Below the pieces are notes generated by a model. It saw nothing but the letters and a program-made list of their open reading frames with translations. It searched no databases and was not told the DNA's origin. A DNA stretch of 64,000 nt from Eledone cirrhosa (lineage: Eukaryota): contig OZ024743.1 of NCBI GenBank assembly GCA_964016885.1, forward strand, positions 7,874,001-7,938,000, in the 5' to 3' direction. Positions 29,135-41,704 of the stretch are shown here, piece after piece; the stretch's first letter is position 1, and the number at the start of each line of letters is the position of its first letter. The translations under genes were made by a program, and so were the position numbers.

Positions 29135-29522
29135 TGTGTGTGTATTAGAAACAATGCAAGTATAAATAGTGTCCAAATGAAAACGAATCAAATTATACAA
29201 ACATAAAAATACTTTCTTCGGCCAATGTCTGGAGGTCAGGGCGATTTCGGCTTAAAATGAAGTATCGTAACCTTTTCCTCTGATGTCAGTAACTATAAGA
29301 AAATAGCTACTAGGGAACTACGCAATGAAGTCAAGACATACCAAAAATGTAGAAGTTTTTCGACAGACATGCGATGCATATGGACTATATCAGTTGTGTA
29401 TGTGAGTGTGTGCATGTATGTATGTATGTATGTATGTATGTATGTATGTATGTATGTATGTATGTATGTATGTATGTATGTATGTATGTATGTATGCATG
29501 TATGTATACACACACACACACG

Positions 29523-29564
<42 letters not shown>

Positions 29565-29904
29565 ATATATACATAAAAAAATCGGAAAACGGAATATTTT
29601 AAATGTGTTTGTAATATGTATATGTATAATGTTATGCCTGTGTATAAAAATAACACTCTTTGTGAATTTTGAGCATTTTCTTCTATATATACGCAATTAT
29701 ATAAATAATGGTTTCTTACCTTGACAGAAGGCTACACATTTATATAGGGTAAGAACATACGAAGCATGTATGACTTTTATTAAACCATGAGGGCTGGAAA
29801 TAATATTAAAAATAAACAAGGGCGTTACTTTTGAGCGGTCGTGTATGTATGAATGTGCATTGGGGGTCTATAAATTAATATTATTATTATCATCACCATC
29901 GTCA

Positions 29905-30515
29905 TCATGAATCGTCAATACGTTGGACAAAATGCTTTCCGGTATTTGTTCCGCCTCTTTACATTCTGAGTTCAAATCCCGCCAAGGTCAACTTTACTTT
30001 TCATTCTTCCTGGATCGATAAAGTAAAGAACCAGCGAAGAAGTGGAATCGATTTAATTGACTTTCCCTTCCCCCCCAAATTACTGGCCTTGTGCTTATAC
30101 TAGAAGTCATTTAGGGAGGTGTATTGGCAGTGTCGGTAGAGGGTCTGGCGCCATGCTTTGCAGCATAGAGCTACAGCCCTTTATGATCTGAGTTCAAATC
30201 TCGCCGAGGTTAACTTTGCCTTTCATCCTTACGGAGTCGATAAAATAAAGTAGTCACGCAATGGGGTCGATTTAATCGACTTTCCCCTCCCCCCAAATTG
30301 CTGGCCTTGTGCCTATATAAGAAACCATTATTATCATCACCATCGTCATCATAGCAGAATCGTCAACACGTTGGACAAAATGCTTTCCGGTATTTGTCCG
30401 CCTCTTTACATTCTGAGTTCAAATCCCACCAAGATCAACTTTGCCTTTCATCCTTCCAGGATCGATAAAGTAAAGTACCAGTGAAGAAGTGGAATCGATT
30501 TAATCGACTTCCCCA
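29905..30515 (+). mobile_element. Three tandem Nin-domain SINEs
   Basis: SINE consensus at about 29905, 30117 and 30352. Confidence 0.85.
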
Positions 30516-30710
30516 GCTTCCCAACCTTCTCCCTCCCCTCTATGTTGTTGGACAACGACGTGTGTTCCAAACTGAAGCAACGTGAAATAAAGTGTCTTGC
30601 ATATGGACACCATACGATGCCTGATCCGGGAATCGAACTCATGACGTTTCGATCTAGCTACCCCATCTTAACCATTACACCATGCGCCTTCAAATTGTGA
30701 TTATATATAA

Positions 30711-31030
30711 CTAGCTGGGCTCGTGCCGTAAAAAATAACGGCTAATTATAATATTTATACATAATATAAAAAAGAGACGTTTGTTTGTTGGTTGGTTGGT
30801 TCCTTCGCTGTCACTCATAAAAGTGATACAAACACACAATTGTGAGGAATCTTAGAACGCTGAACTTCTATAGTTTCTCACCCCTCCTTCCTCAGTCGAC
30901 GTAATCACCCCTTCCTTCCTCAGTCGACGTAATCACCCCTTCCTTCCTCAGTCGACGTAATCACCCCTTCCTTCCTCAGTCATCTCTACTATGTTACGGA
31001 CAAATACATATTGGCTATTATATTAGAAGA
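30711..31030 (-). mobile_element. Non-autonomous Helitron with internal ~29-bp tandem repeat (30879-30981)
   Basis: Minus strand A|TCttctaatataata ... GCCGT-tatttttt-ACGGC hairpin ... CTAG|T. Confidence 0.8.
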
Positions 31031-31185
31031 TACCAAAGAATAATTCAAAGGTCATTTGTTTGGTAAATATTTATGTTATTTACGTTGTTTAATAGATTCT
31101 GAAGAGATCAATACAGTAGAAATCAATATTCCTGTTCTATTGATGAAAACGTTCGTCTATAAATCAAATAATTTTTTTTTGTTCA

Positions 31186-31240
<55 letters not shown>

Positions 31241-31243
<3 letters not shown>

Positions 31244-31430
31244 TTAGTTCCACAACAGTTAACTAACCGTTGTTGAGGACATTCGGCCGAGCTGAAGATC
31301 CGCAAGGGGAAACAAATTGTCCTCAATGATGGTTAATTAACTGCTGTGGAACTAACTTCTACCGAACTGGTCCCATGGACTGAGTGGTCTACTACTACGG
31401 ATATAACCTTCCAGTGTTCTACCACACTAC
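31241..31430 (+). mobile_element. Fold-back insert with minimal hammerhead at 31289-31324
   Basis: GAG-CTGAAGA-TCC-GCAA-GGG-GAAA-CAAATTG-TC-CTC; inverted repeat 31241-31281 / 31318-31358; ends share sequence with 14801-14925. Confidence 0.8.
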
Positions 31431-31499
31431 ATATAAATATATATGTGTGTCAGTCTGTGTGTGTGTGTGTGTATATTCATTAACATTAAGGCTAAAAAG

Positions 31500-31662
31500 T
31501 AAGTATCGTTACTCGGGAGTTTCGCCTATTTATCACAGATCATCAGATAAGAACGTTCTTGTCTGATGACCTTGTGATAAACAGGTGAAACTCCAGATTA
31601 ATGAATAATGAAACTCTACTTCAGTATTGAGTACTCCTTTCTTTCAGCCATCAACCACACAT

Positions 31663-31666
<4 letters not shown>
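31500..31666 (+). mobile_element. Fold-back insert with two opposed hammerhead cores and 3' bulged hairpin
   Basis: Centre gaacgttc at 31551-31558; CTGATGA..AGG(T/C)GAAACTCC on both strands; ACTC-TACT-TC-AGTA-TT-GAGTAC at 31613-31634. Confidence 0.8.
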
Positions 31667-31749
<83 letters not shown>

Positions 31750-32846
31750 TGTGTGTGTGTGTGTAAAAGTAAACAGAAATAACAAAGCAATCGATACAGT
31801 AGAATGAAGAAATATATTAGTTTAACGCTTGAAATAATAGGAAATGAGCAATATAGGGAGGGAGAGAGAGAGAGAGAGAGAGAGCTGGAGAAGTAAATTT
31901 ATTGGAAGAAAGGGTTAAGGTTAAGAAATAGATAGCTGAAAATGAAAGTAATAATATAGAAAAAAAATCTAAAATAGTAATAAAGGCATTTTAATAGAAA
32001 TATTATCGTTTTCAATCCTATCCAATTAACAAATGATCTTCTGCCATCAGACAAGTAATAGGTTCTGTTGTTGAAACTGGTAAACACACAATGATTAAAT
32101 AGTTTTAATTTAATCTCTTAAAGATATCATTTGTTCATAAGAGCTGGCGTGTTAGATGCATGTGTCAATCAAGGTAGATACTGGAGGCAAAAGCTATAAA
32201 GAAATATATCAGGAAGCTATACAGAGCGTACCATGTTATCTTTAGAATTAAGTCAGTTCGACTGTGCTTAATGTGTATTATAATAATTATAGGTGCTAAA
32301 TACTGCCTTAAAAGCCGAAGACGTTGGAGGTTGAAAGAATGTGAATAAATGGGAAATACTTAGTAAAAGAATATCATTGTAGATACTGTGGTCATGAGAA
32401 TTATATTTCATTGTGGCTGTGGAAGCATTGTGTTTTGATTAAATATATGCTGGAGTCCCTAGAGTGACGTTCAGCCGGCCGACTTTAGAAGGTTCCTATC
32501 ACGTCTCCAGTGATGTGCTGTTTAGACACCGCTGGAGGTACACTAAAAATATATTTCCTTACTTAGCATTTTCTCAACTCAATTCCTTCTATGGTTCCAC
32601 ACAAGGAGGCATAATTTCCTGTCCTTTAGACTCCTTCCACGAAAACAAAGTAGTCAACAATGTGCCATAGATCTTTATTTATAGAATTCATTACAATATA
32701 GATTACAACAGACGAAAAAAGCTAAAAGATTCACTGAGGAGCAAAGCGTTAAAGATATATCCACAGTTAAAGATATTATCAAAACGAATTTAATTTTGTC
32801 ACTTTATAGTTACTCAGCAAAGCCCTCGACTGATTCGGCTTTACAG

Positions 32847-32991
32847 AAGTAGTGAAGAGAAGAGCCCTTCTGTCCATGAGCGAAGCCGCAGAAGAAGTCT
32901 CCAGGAAGTTTTGGATAATGATAACCGATCTGTGGATGGTTGCTGTTGTGACGCAAGTCGGTGCCTGATCAATCCTGACTGGGTCGTCAGG
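32847..32991 (+). CDS. Candidate internal coding exon (SSEEKSPSVHERSRRRSLQEVLDNDNRSVDGCCCDASRCLINPDWVVR)
   Basis: ctttacag| and |gtaaga splice sites; 145 nt with one fully open frame; higher GC than flanks. Confidence 0.45.
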
Positions 32992-34381
32992 GTAAGAATG
33001 TATGTTGAAAGGCCTGCAAAACCCAATGACCCCAGGTCACATCATTGATAATGTGGTCCTGTTCATTTTCAAGATATATTTTGTATATAGTATTCTTTAT
33101 GTGTATTAGAGTAGGCATGTTTTGTTTGTATAATGTGTAATAAATCGACAGATATATTAAGACAAAGTCATATGTTGTTATCAGGCTAATGAAACTCATA
33201 TTTCGTCTTTAGTTAAATTAATAAAACTGTAAATACTTTGTTTAATCAATTTTAATGTGTCGTTATAGTAATGGCAGTAAATTCAAAGTTTAATTAGGTT
33301 ATTAAAATGTGATAACGATGGATTATCCTTTATCATACTTGATATGTTTCTTGCAAATGATGGTGTCGATTCACTATCGTCTATGACCGCCTTTTGCCTT
33401 ACTTCGTCTTTACTGTTAAAAATACTGTGATTCCTTGTCATGAACTTTCTAGATAATGAAGACACACCAATATAACAAAACCAAGACACTAACTTTTAGA
33501 CACTACGACTATTCTCTATACTACGTCTGGTGGCATTTCATTTTCGCAGATGATTGTGATAATCTCATCGCTTCAAAAAATAAATGTCGTCTGCTTGTGG
33601 TTCCAAGAATTCCAGTTCTGACTTGCACTGAAAAAATGAAAAGAAAAGCGGCGCACAAAAATACCTATATTTCAAATTCGTAGTGACAAATGCTTACGTG
33701 ACACAAATGCCATTCTATAAATATGTGGAGCCGTTGAACTGGCAACGAGCTTAAATAAACCAAAATCACTAGAGACTCCAAACACCGCAGGTTTCAAGTA
33801 ACAGTATCCTTCCTTCCTATGAATTTACATAAACTTGTAAGTGCACATATATGCATACATGCAGGATGTCCAGAAATCAAAATTCACTCTCTTCGCCAAG
33901 CAACCTTGGTGGGGTTGCCGGTTTAGACGCCGAAAACCTAATCATGCAAACTGTTGCATTGTGTTACACGCTAAGAATAGCAGTAAAAAGTGACCAAATA
34001 TACAGTACTTGCATATAATACTTGTCTACGATTAGAATTGTTTTTTACATCGAGCAAGATTGATCTGTAAACTACATGTCAATAAAAAAAAAGCAAAAAA
34101 AAAAACCTAAGCTCTACCAAATATATATATGTCTGTGTGTGTGTAAATGAGAAAACTCATCGCTAGAATAGCCATTAAAACAGCAAAGACAGCGAAGAAC
34201 TAAAATGCCTTAGAGGACATACCAGCGACCAGTGGTCAACAGAGAGACAATCCACAAGGTGAGTGACAGGCGGATGAAATATGGAAAAGATTGAAAGAGG
34301 AAGAGGACAAGGAGAAGTGCGCTGGCACACTTCTGTGGCTGGAAGGATGAAATATAGAAATGCGATATACGAGACAAGTTT

Positions 34382-34421
<40 letters not shown>

Positions 34422-35000
34422 CTTCACCCTCATCATCTCTCAAACCAGCAAAATGGTTTTACACTTCTGTAACCATACTCACTACACTTGGCCAATTGCG
34501 GATCGGTGAAGCTATTTAACCCATAGTTGGAGTGGATGGCGATCAACTCTGAGAATTTCATCCCCCCTTTTAACAGCTGTTTCTTTTTGTGATGCTGGAG
34601 TACCACTTACCCTCCTTCACAGACCAGTGTCTGGAGGGAGAGCTGGTTTAGTCGCTAACCGCTCGACCATGAAGCAGGTTGTACTGGGTTAGATGCTACC
34701 AGTAGGAGACATACGCCTGATCTGACCATATTGTAGAAATTCAAATTATAAATATTCTAGTATTATAGAAATACTATTGAATTATATAAATAGCCTCATA
34801 TTAGCGTTATTGACGCTGGGAGTTCTTGTAACAAGTCAGTGTGCCTAAACAGCTGTCTTCAGAATTTGTGCTACACTAAGATGAAGATGTCACGATGAAT
34901 TCACTGACTACAGGACAAAATTGGTTTTGAGCATACTAAGGTATGCAAAATATGCTAACTTATACAATGTTGTCAATTCAACTACTTAAGTTCTTGTAGA

Positions 35001-35063
<63 letters not shown>

Positions 35064-35850
35064 AGATATACACAGTGAGAAACTAAGAAACTAAGAATAA
35101 ACTATCATACACATATAAGCAGATAAACAAACAACGACGTATAACACACACACACATACGTACATAAAGTCATTCTCTCTCTTTTACTACATACATTCTC
35201 CAGATAAAAGTTGTCATACCAGTTAATCGGGTTGTATATACCTTCCTTGTAGTTCATTTGTTTTGTTAGTAATAACAAATGTACCGGAAAGAGTATCGGG
35301 AGTTAAATGTCTGATCAAGTTTTTTTTTTTAATCATCAATGTATTTTATGCGTCATATCGATCCCACATAAAAGAAATATTTATTTTCATTTTGTCAATT
35401 ATTCTACTCTAAAGTATTCTACTCTATCTAAAAAAAATCCTAATAGGTGGTATTCGACCGGTAGATTGACACAGTCTGGATATATGACTCTTTCATTACT
35501 TACATTTCTCAACTCATTTTATTAGTTTAAGAAAATAAATCTCATCTCTCATAAAATTTTACAGGTTAAAAACAATCTATATAAATGCCTGTCATTTTCA
35601 CCAACATTTTTCATAATTTATAAGGCCATTAAGCTTATGTATTTCTAAAATAAAAACAAACGACAATATGCAAAACAGTTTACATGATTTCAATAAAGAT
35701 AATTTGATATAATAGTTTAATATATGCACGTATAATTCATTATTGTATAATTGCATCTTTTGTTAAATATATATTTATAATTAAAAATTTATTTTTACTG
35801 AACTTTATAATGATGTTCTTTTTCTTTTGTCTTTTTTTCTTAAATTTTAG

Positions 35851-35939
35851 GGCGAATCAGATGCGTTTTATTTTGAAAATTGCAGAAATGTTACACACTG
35901 CACCTCAAAGTATGAATATGCAAAAGAATATCATATAAA
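35851..35939 (+). CDS. Candidate exon (GESDAFYFENCRNVTHCTSKY...)
   Basis: Strong polypyrimidine acceptor; phase 0, compatible with the exon ending at 32991; donor either 35909/35910 or 35939/35940 (gtatga), or read-through to a stop near 35982. Confidence 0.35.
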
Positions 35940-36292
35940 GTATGAACACACAAAGTCCATGAAAATCTTCAATTATCTCTAGTTTTTATTTGTTTAATAC
36001 TAAAATAACAATTTGAAATAAAACTATTTTTTCTGCTTAGCATGTGTTCGTTAATTAATGAATAAGGATGACATATTCCATATTGTAATTTAATTTTCAA
36101 GCAAAACAATGTCACTTCACATTCAATTATATACAGCATAAACATGCTGTAGGTATGTGGAAAGAGATATAGATCAAAATATATTAATTCTCTACTTTGC
36201 TGTTTGTCCCTTCGCCTCTCTCCATTCTTTATATTGTCTCTATTTCCTTTTGACATATATCCCTCTCTCTGATCGTTTGAACTAGTCCTATT

Positions 36293-36700
36293 ATGGTGGA
36301 TTGGCAGTATTGGTAGAGGGTCGGACGCCATGCTTTGCAGCATATAGTTACACCCCTTTATGGTCTGAGTTCAAATCCCGCCGAGGTTAACTTTGCCTTT
36401 CATCCTTACAGGGTCGATAAAATAAAGTACAAGTAATGCACTAGGTAATTGATGGCCTTGTGCCCAAAGTAGAAACATCTATCAGGGTGGTGGATTGGCA
36501 GTATCTATAGAGCGCTGGACAACATGCTTCGCGGTATAGAGTTACGGCCCTTTACGTTCTGATTCTAAATTCCGTCGAGGTTAACTTTGCCGTTCATCTT
36601 TACAGGGTCAATAAAATAAAGCATCAGTAAAGCAATGGGGACGATTTAATCGACTTTCCCCTCCCCTTTAAATTGCTGGCCTTGTACCTAAAGTAGAAAA
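36293..36700 (+). mobile_element. Two tandem Nin-domain SINEs
   Basis: SINE consensus at 36293-36477 and 36486-36700. Confidence 0.88.
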
Positions 36701-37242
36701 AATTAATTCATCTATTTTTATATTACTATTAACATTTAGATATGTGAAACTTCACCATACGTGCTTCCAACCCAGTGCACATTTAAACGCATTCAAATTT
36801 TAATTCTTAGTTTTTTTTTTTAATTTGAAATTTTAATTATCAGTGTTCAAAGAAGAATTAAAACAACAACACCTGGAAAAAACTAAACAATAAATAAAGA
36901 TCCAGCGATGTTTTCTGTGATTTATAACATTAAAATGGTGTGCACAAATGCAGCTGCAAACTGAAAGTTTTAATTATATAGCTTTTTCTGGTAGAAACCT
37001 AAAATAATAAAGATAATGGTTAGGTAAGGAACCAACAACCGATCAACGAATGAAGACATCCTTAAACGCAGAAACATATGATCACACATATGAAGTTATA
37101 TATATATATATATACTTTGTATCATGCATCGAATCGATTTTCTATAGGTTGTTATATCTATTGCCAATGAATCTTATTATAATGATGTTAATCATCATCA
37201 TCATCGTTTAACGTCCATTTTTCCACGCTAGCATGGGTTAGA

Positions 37243-37280
<38 letters not shown>

Positions 37281-37431
37281 CCGAAAAAACCTCACCCTCT
37301 GTCATCGTCCCTAAATAAAACAAAGTTCACCTACTGCAACAGTTTCGCTAAAGTAAAGCACAACTTCATACTTTTCACTTCATATTTGTTGAACCAGACA
37401 AGAAATAGAAATTATTGGACTGGACAGAAGA

Positions 37432-37498
<67 letters not shown>

Positions 37499-38131
37499 TG
37501 TAACCTAAGAAATACCACTAGAAAGTGTAGTCATTGGCTTAGTGGTTAGGGCGCTGGGCTGACGATCATAGGTTTGTGTCTTTCAGCACTCTGACGAAAT
37601 ATAAATATATATTTCGTTTTTATTTGTTTTGCAACGTGTGTTGAAATAGTTATTGTTATACTCTGGGAGGGTCAGGCAGTTTTTTAGTTGTTGATTGTCT
37701 TCAAAGCACTTCCATCACGTGAGACCCAACAAGTGCGTGTGTTTTTATTGGCAGTATGCCCCCACCCCCCAAAAGTATAGCAATGTATATATATATATAG
37801 AAATAACAGGAAAGCACAAACGAGGGACATTCCCATAATCAGTTATCTGCTGGAGATCACGGAGATTTCTGCGCATTAAAGACAATGTCCAGCTCCAGTG
37901 CACCAATAACTATTGGAAGTGTTGGGGGAAAAGGAGAGAGCGAGAGAGAGAAAAGATATAACAGAAGGAAAAAAAAAATAAAAAAGTAAAAAACGCAGGG
38001 AACATAACGAAAAGGGAAATAGGAAAAGCACATATATGTATATGCGCAACTGGAGCGAGAGAGGGAGAGAATTCAAAAGTAGCTACTGGATTTAAGTCAA
38101 CACGTTATAATTCACTTCATTTATTCATAAT

Positions 38132-38192
38132 CACTGTTATATATATTTCGGTAATAACCGTTATGCAACGGTTATAACTTCACCAGACAGCG
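38132..38192 (-). ncRNA. Minimal type I hammerhead with A6G core variant
   Basis: CGCTGT-CTGGTGA-AGTTATAACCGTT-gcat-AACGGTTATTACC-GAAA-TATATA-TA-ACAGTG; its downstream flank is inverted-duplicated at 38370-38422. Confidence 0.8.
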
Positions 38193-39219
38193 AGAAGTTG
38201 AACAGAAAAAACAGAAAAAACAGAAAAAACAGAAAAAACATAAAGAAGAAATAAATAAAGCTTACTTCTGTTGTTTCGATTCATTGATATGCCCCGGGTT
38301 GATATTTGGTGTTGCTTTCTCAAAGCACCGGTGGCACATATTTTCTGGGGTTTTTTTTCTATTAACCAAAATACATGTAACAGCAATTATGAATAAACGA
38401 AGTGAATTATAACCTGTTGACTTGTACTTCATAATTATAAATATACTCCGGAATAAACAGACCCACTTGTGTACTTGGCCGAGTGCTCTACCCTGCATAA
38501 TAAATGTCGGTGATACACTAACAGATACTGTAATTAATATTATATATATATCAAAAATTTTATCCTGAGTTCAGTTTTTTTCGTCGCTATGGTCACTGCG
38601 GCCCATAATTCGGTCGTTGTCTTCAATTTGCAAAGCTGTCTAAACGTAATGTTATAACTCTAGGGTAATATACCCTATTGAGTGCTTAGCTGCACACCGA
38701 GATTGCATTCGTTAGCTTCGCTGCAACCAAAGCTTCGATGATGCTGTACTAAATTTTGTATTATTATCTCCTACAATTAACGATTAATTGATTAACTTAA
38801 TTAGACAATTCTATCGATTGATTAATTGTTTATGTTTGTTTGATAACTTCTAGTTGAGTGCTTAATTCGGTTTGTGTAAAGGAATTTTATTCCTTTGTTC
38901 CAAATTTGAATTGACCGCCAAAACCGGGGGTTACCTCCCTTCGGGAAAACCATCTGCCTGCTTACTGCTAGCTTTCACACCCGGGCGGACAAGAACGAAA
39001 AACTTGTTGACGAAGTAAATTCCTTGTTCTATCTTCCAAAAACCATTAACTTGCAGACCCCTGCATATATATATATATATATATATGTGTGTAATCTGAG
39101 TTTTTCGAATATTAATAATAATATTCGATTAGTTTGCAATTATGCAAACACGCCTCATTTTAAAAGCCATGTCGGTAGAATGAGCCCCTCATTCTTGCTC
39201 TTGTGTTGGCATGTAAACA

Positions 39220-39269
39220 GAACACCAGACACTTATGTTTCTGGGTATTACCCTTCATCAGTACAGTTC
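39220..39269 (-). ncRNA. Type I hammerhead with intact core and eroded stem I
   Basis: CTGATGA-aGGGT-aat-ACCCa-GAAACA-taag-TGTC, within a (TA)n-flanked insert spanning 39085-39420. Confidence 0.7.
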
Positions 39270-39439
39270 ACTGTTCACCTGCCAACTGTCAGAGCTAGTG
39301 AAAATATATGCTATTTTCTAAAATATACAGTTACTGATCGGCCTGATTTACATATCAGCAGACTGGCCATTCAGTTTCCTGTATACGAGCGACCAATGGT
39401 CGGCTTTGCCACATTTATTTATATATATATATATATATG

Positions 39440-39645
39440 GTTTTTAGTTCTTGGAGGACCTTTGTATGAATTTGATAAAAGCTGCATAAGTCATCAGAGA
39501 ACTTTATTTGAGAAAATTAGCATGAATAATCTTGAAACTCTTTTTGACGCATCTTCTCAATGAATTTGCCGTTAGCATCGATGACTGCTTCAATCCGAGG
39601 TCCGAAACATTAACATGCTCTAATCAGGTGATCTTTATCTATTTT
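39440..39645 (-). mobile_element. Tc1/mariner-superfamily transposase 3' fragment
   Basis: Minus-strand DHLIRAC*CFGPRIEAVIDANGKFIE resembles the C-terminal RIEAVIxAxGx(F/Y)IE motif. Confidence 0.7.
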
Positions 39646-39899
39646 GAACACTGAGCTAGAGATTTTATAGTGTTATGGAGCATAAGAATATTTTCGAAAT
39701 AGCGAGTTGATTTGAAATTATTAGAAATGTAAGCTATCGCCGTATTTTGACTAAAGAAATTAAAGAAATTATTTAGCCTGATAGTGGGGTTAAGAACCCT
39801 CGGAGAAATGGAAAAAGATGAGTATTGACGTACAATATTCTTACTTGACATTACATTCGCTAAGTTTATAGCTTCTAATTTGAATGGAAAAAGACGGCT

Positions 39900-39971
39900 G
39901 ATGTTTTGGTGTAAATGGTAGCACAGTGGTCCGGATAACCAAAGATGTGGGTTCGACTCCCAAGCACGTCA
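39900..39971 (+). pseudogene. tRNA-like sequence (degenerate) inside a 148-bp inverted repeat
   Basis: D-arm GTGT-aaatggta-GCAC, anticodon-arm TGGT-ccggata-ACCA, T-arm TGGG-TTCGACT-CCCA; imperfect acceptor stem. Confidence 0.65.
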
Positions 39972-40139
39972 ATACTCAATTTTTTCCATTTCTCCGAGGG
40001 TTCTTAACCCCACTATCAGGCTAAATAATTTCTTTAATTTCTTTAGTCAAAATACGGCGATAGCTTATATTTCTACTAATTTCAAATCAACTCGCTGTTT
40101 CGAAAATATTCTTACTTGATATATATATATATATAACTT

Positions 40140-40793
40140 TGATAGGTTTCGGCCAGTATTGGCCCAGGCCATGTCTAACCTAATAGCACCACCTGGCGAA
40201 GTCTTACAAATCAGTGTTTGGGCACCATGGCCCACTCGAGAAGAGAGTTATTGTTTACGGAGGCATATCTGGGTGTAGGAGGCTTATCCGGGATTTCTTG
40301 AAGGAATTTATCCAAAGACTTCTTGAACTTGATGGGGTCTGTCTCTGCTTTGATGTGTTTTGGTGTAATGTTAAAGAGTGCAGGGCCAATTGAGGTGAAA
40401 TAATTGTGCTGTATTGTTGTTATGTGATGCGAGTGGGATTTTTGTCGTGAGCGGATAGCACGAGGCCCAAGCCTTGGGTGTACACTAAAGGTGATGCCAA
40501 CATCATTTGGGCTAAGCTGATGGAATATTTTCCACATCATGCAGATAATGTAGCGCTCACGGCAACGTTGAAGAGAATAAAGTTTGAACTTTTCTAAACG
40601 ACCCCAATAGTCAAGGCCTGTCATGCCAACTATCTTTTTTGTAATTGACCTTTGGGGTGCTTCAACTTTCATGATACTTTGTTTCGTGTGGGGTGACCAC
40701 AGTGGACAACAGTATTCAAGGTGGGGTCGGGCAAAAGTGGAGAAGAGAAGGACAAGAGTGTGGATATCTCTCGACTGGAAAGTTCTGAGAATC

Positions 40794-40797
<4 letters not shown>
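40140..40797 (-). mobile_element. CR1-clade LINE 3' fragment
   Basis: RPHLEYCCPLWSPH and GLDYWGRLEKFKLYSLQRCRERY motifs of the CR1/L2 RT C-terminus; frameshifted. Confidence 0.85.
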
Positions 40798-40824
<27 letters not shown>

Positions 40825-40832
<8 letters not shown>

Positions 40833-41252
40833 AGATCAAAAGATGGTTAAAGGAGTTCAATATATTTTATTATGCGCATTTCAAAAACAAACATCATCAA
40901 ACAATAATATTTGTGTTTTCATCAGATAAAACAGGAGAACATGATATGAAGGCTAAAAAAACACTTGTTGATAGTGCAGTTTTAAATCAACATATATGTT
41001 GATTTAAAACTGCACTATCAACAAGTGTTTTTTTAGCCTTCATATCATGTTCTCCTGTTTTATCTGATGAAAACACAAATATTATTGTTTGATGATGTTT
41101 GTTTTTGAAATGCGCATAATAAAATATATTGAACTCCTTTAACCATCTTTTGATCTTATATTATGCATACTCCAGTCCCACAAACTGTAGAGTGCTTCTT
41201 ATCCGATATCTGCATTGCTTTATTGTACTACAATAAAACTCACCTCCTACAT
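40825..41252 (+). mobile_element. 340-bp perfect palindrome with two hammerheads (minus 40865-40931, plus 41058-41124) and 3' bulged hairpin
   Basis: TTTTAT-CTGATGA-long stem II-GAAA-TGCGCA-TA-ATAAAA; centre catatatg at 40991-40998; ACTC-CAGT-cccacaa-ACTG-TA-GAGTGC at 41169-41195. Confidence 0.9.
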
Positions 41253-41277
41253 TATATATATATATATATATATATAT

Positions 41278-41704
41278 TTGGTAAACGGAATAGAAAATGC
41301 TGACAAATTGTTCACAGTTGAAAAATGGTTTAATTAGGAATAAAAGAGTATTAGTGATTGTATGGGTTAGTATTCAGTTGTGGTTTTAAGTTTTTAAGTT
41401 TTTACCGGTTGCGCATTTCTAAATGCTTTTCAAAAATAATTTTGAGATAGAGTGTCCGTGTTGTTTGCTCTGATCTGAGCAAACAACACGGACACTCTAT
41501 CTCAAAATTATTTTTGAAAAGCATTTAGAAATGCGCAACCGGTAAAAACTTAAAAACTTAAAACCACAACTGAATACTAACCCATACAATCACTAATACT
41601 CTTTTATTCCTAATTAAACCATTTTTCAACTGTGAACAATTTGTCAGCATTTTCTATTCCGTTTACCAATATATAATAACTTGTGTGTTACACCTCTATT
41701 CTTT

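Noticed and set aside
30879-30981. CRISPR-like short repeats
   Set aside because: Head-to-tail tandem units with no unique spacers, inside a Helitron, in eukaryotic DNA.
37328-37375. Minus-strand GAAACTG-ttg-CAGTA hammerhead 3' half in a (TA)n-flanked insert
   Set aside because: 5' core and stem I are not convincing; possibly a remnant but not supportable.
40140-40190. GGCC..GGCC-GAAAC on the minus strand as a hammerhead
   Set aside because: No CUGANGA-like core or stem I; better explained as the CR1 3'UTR stem-loop.
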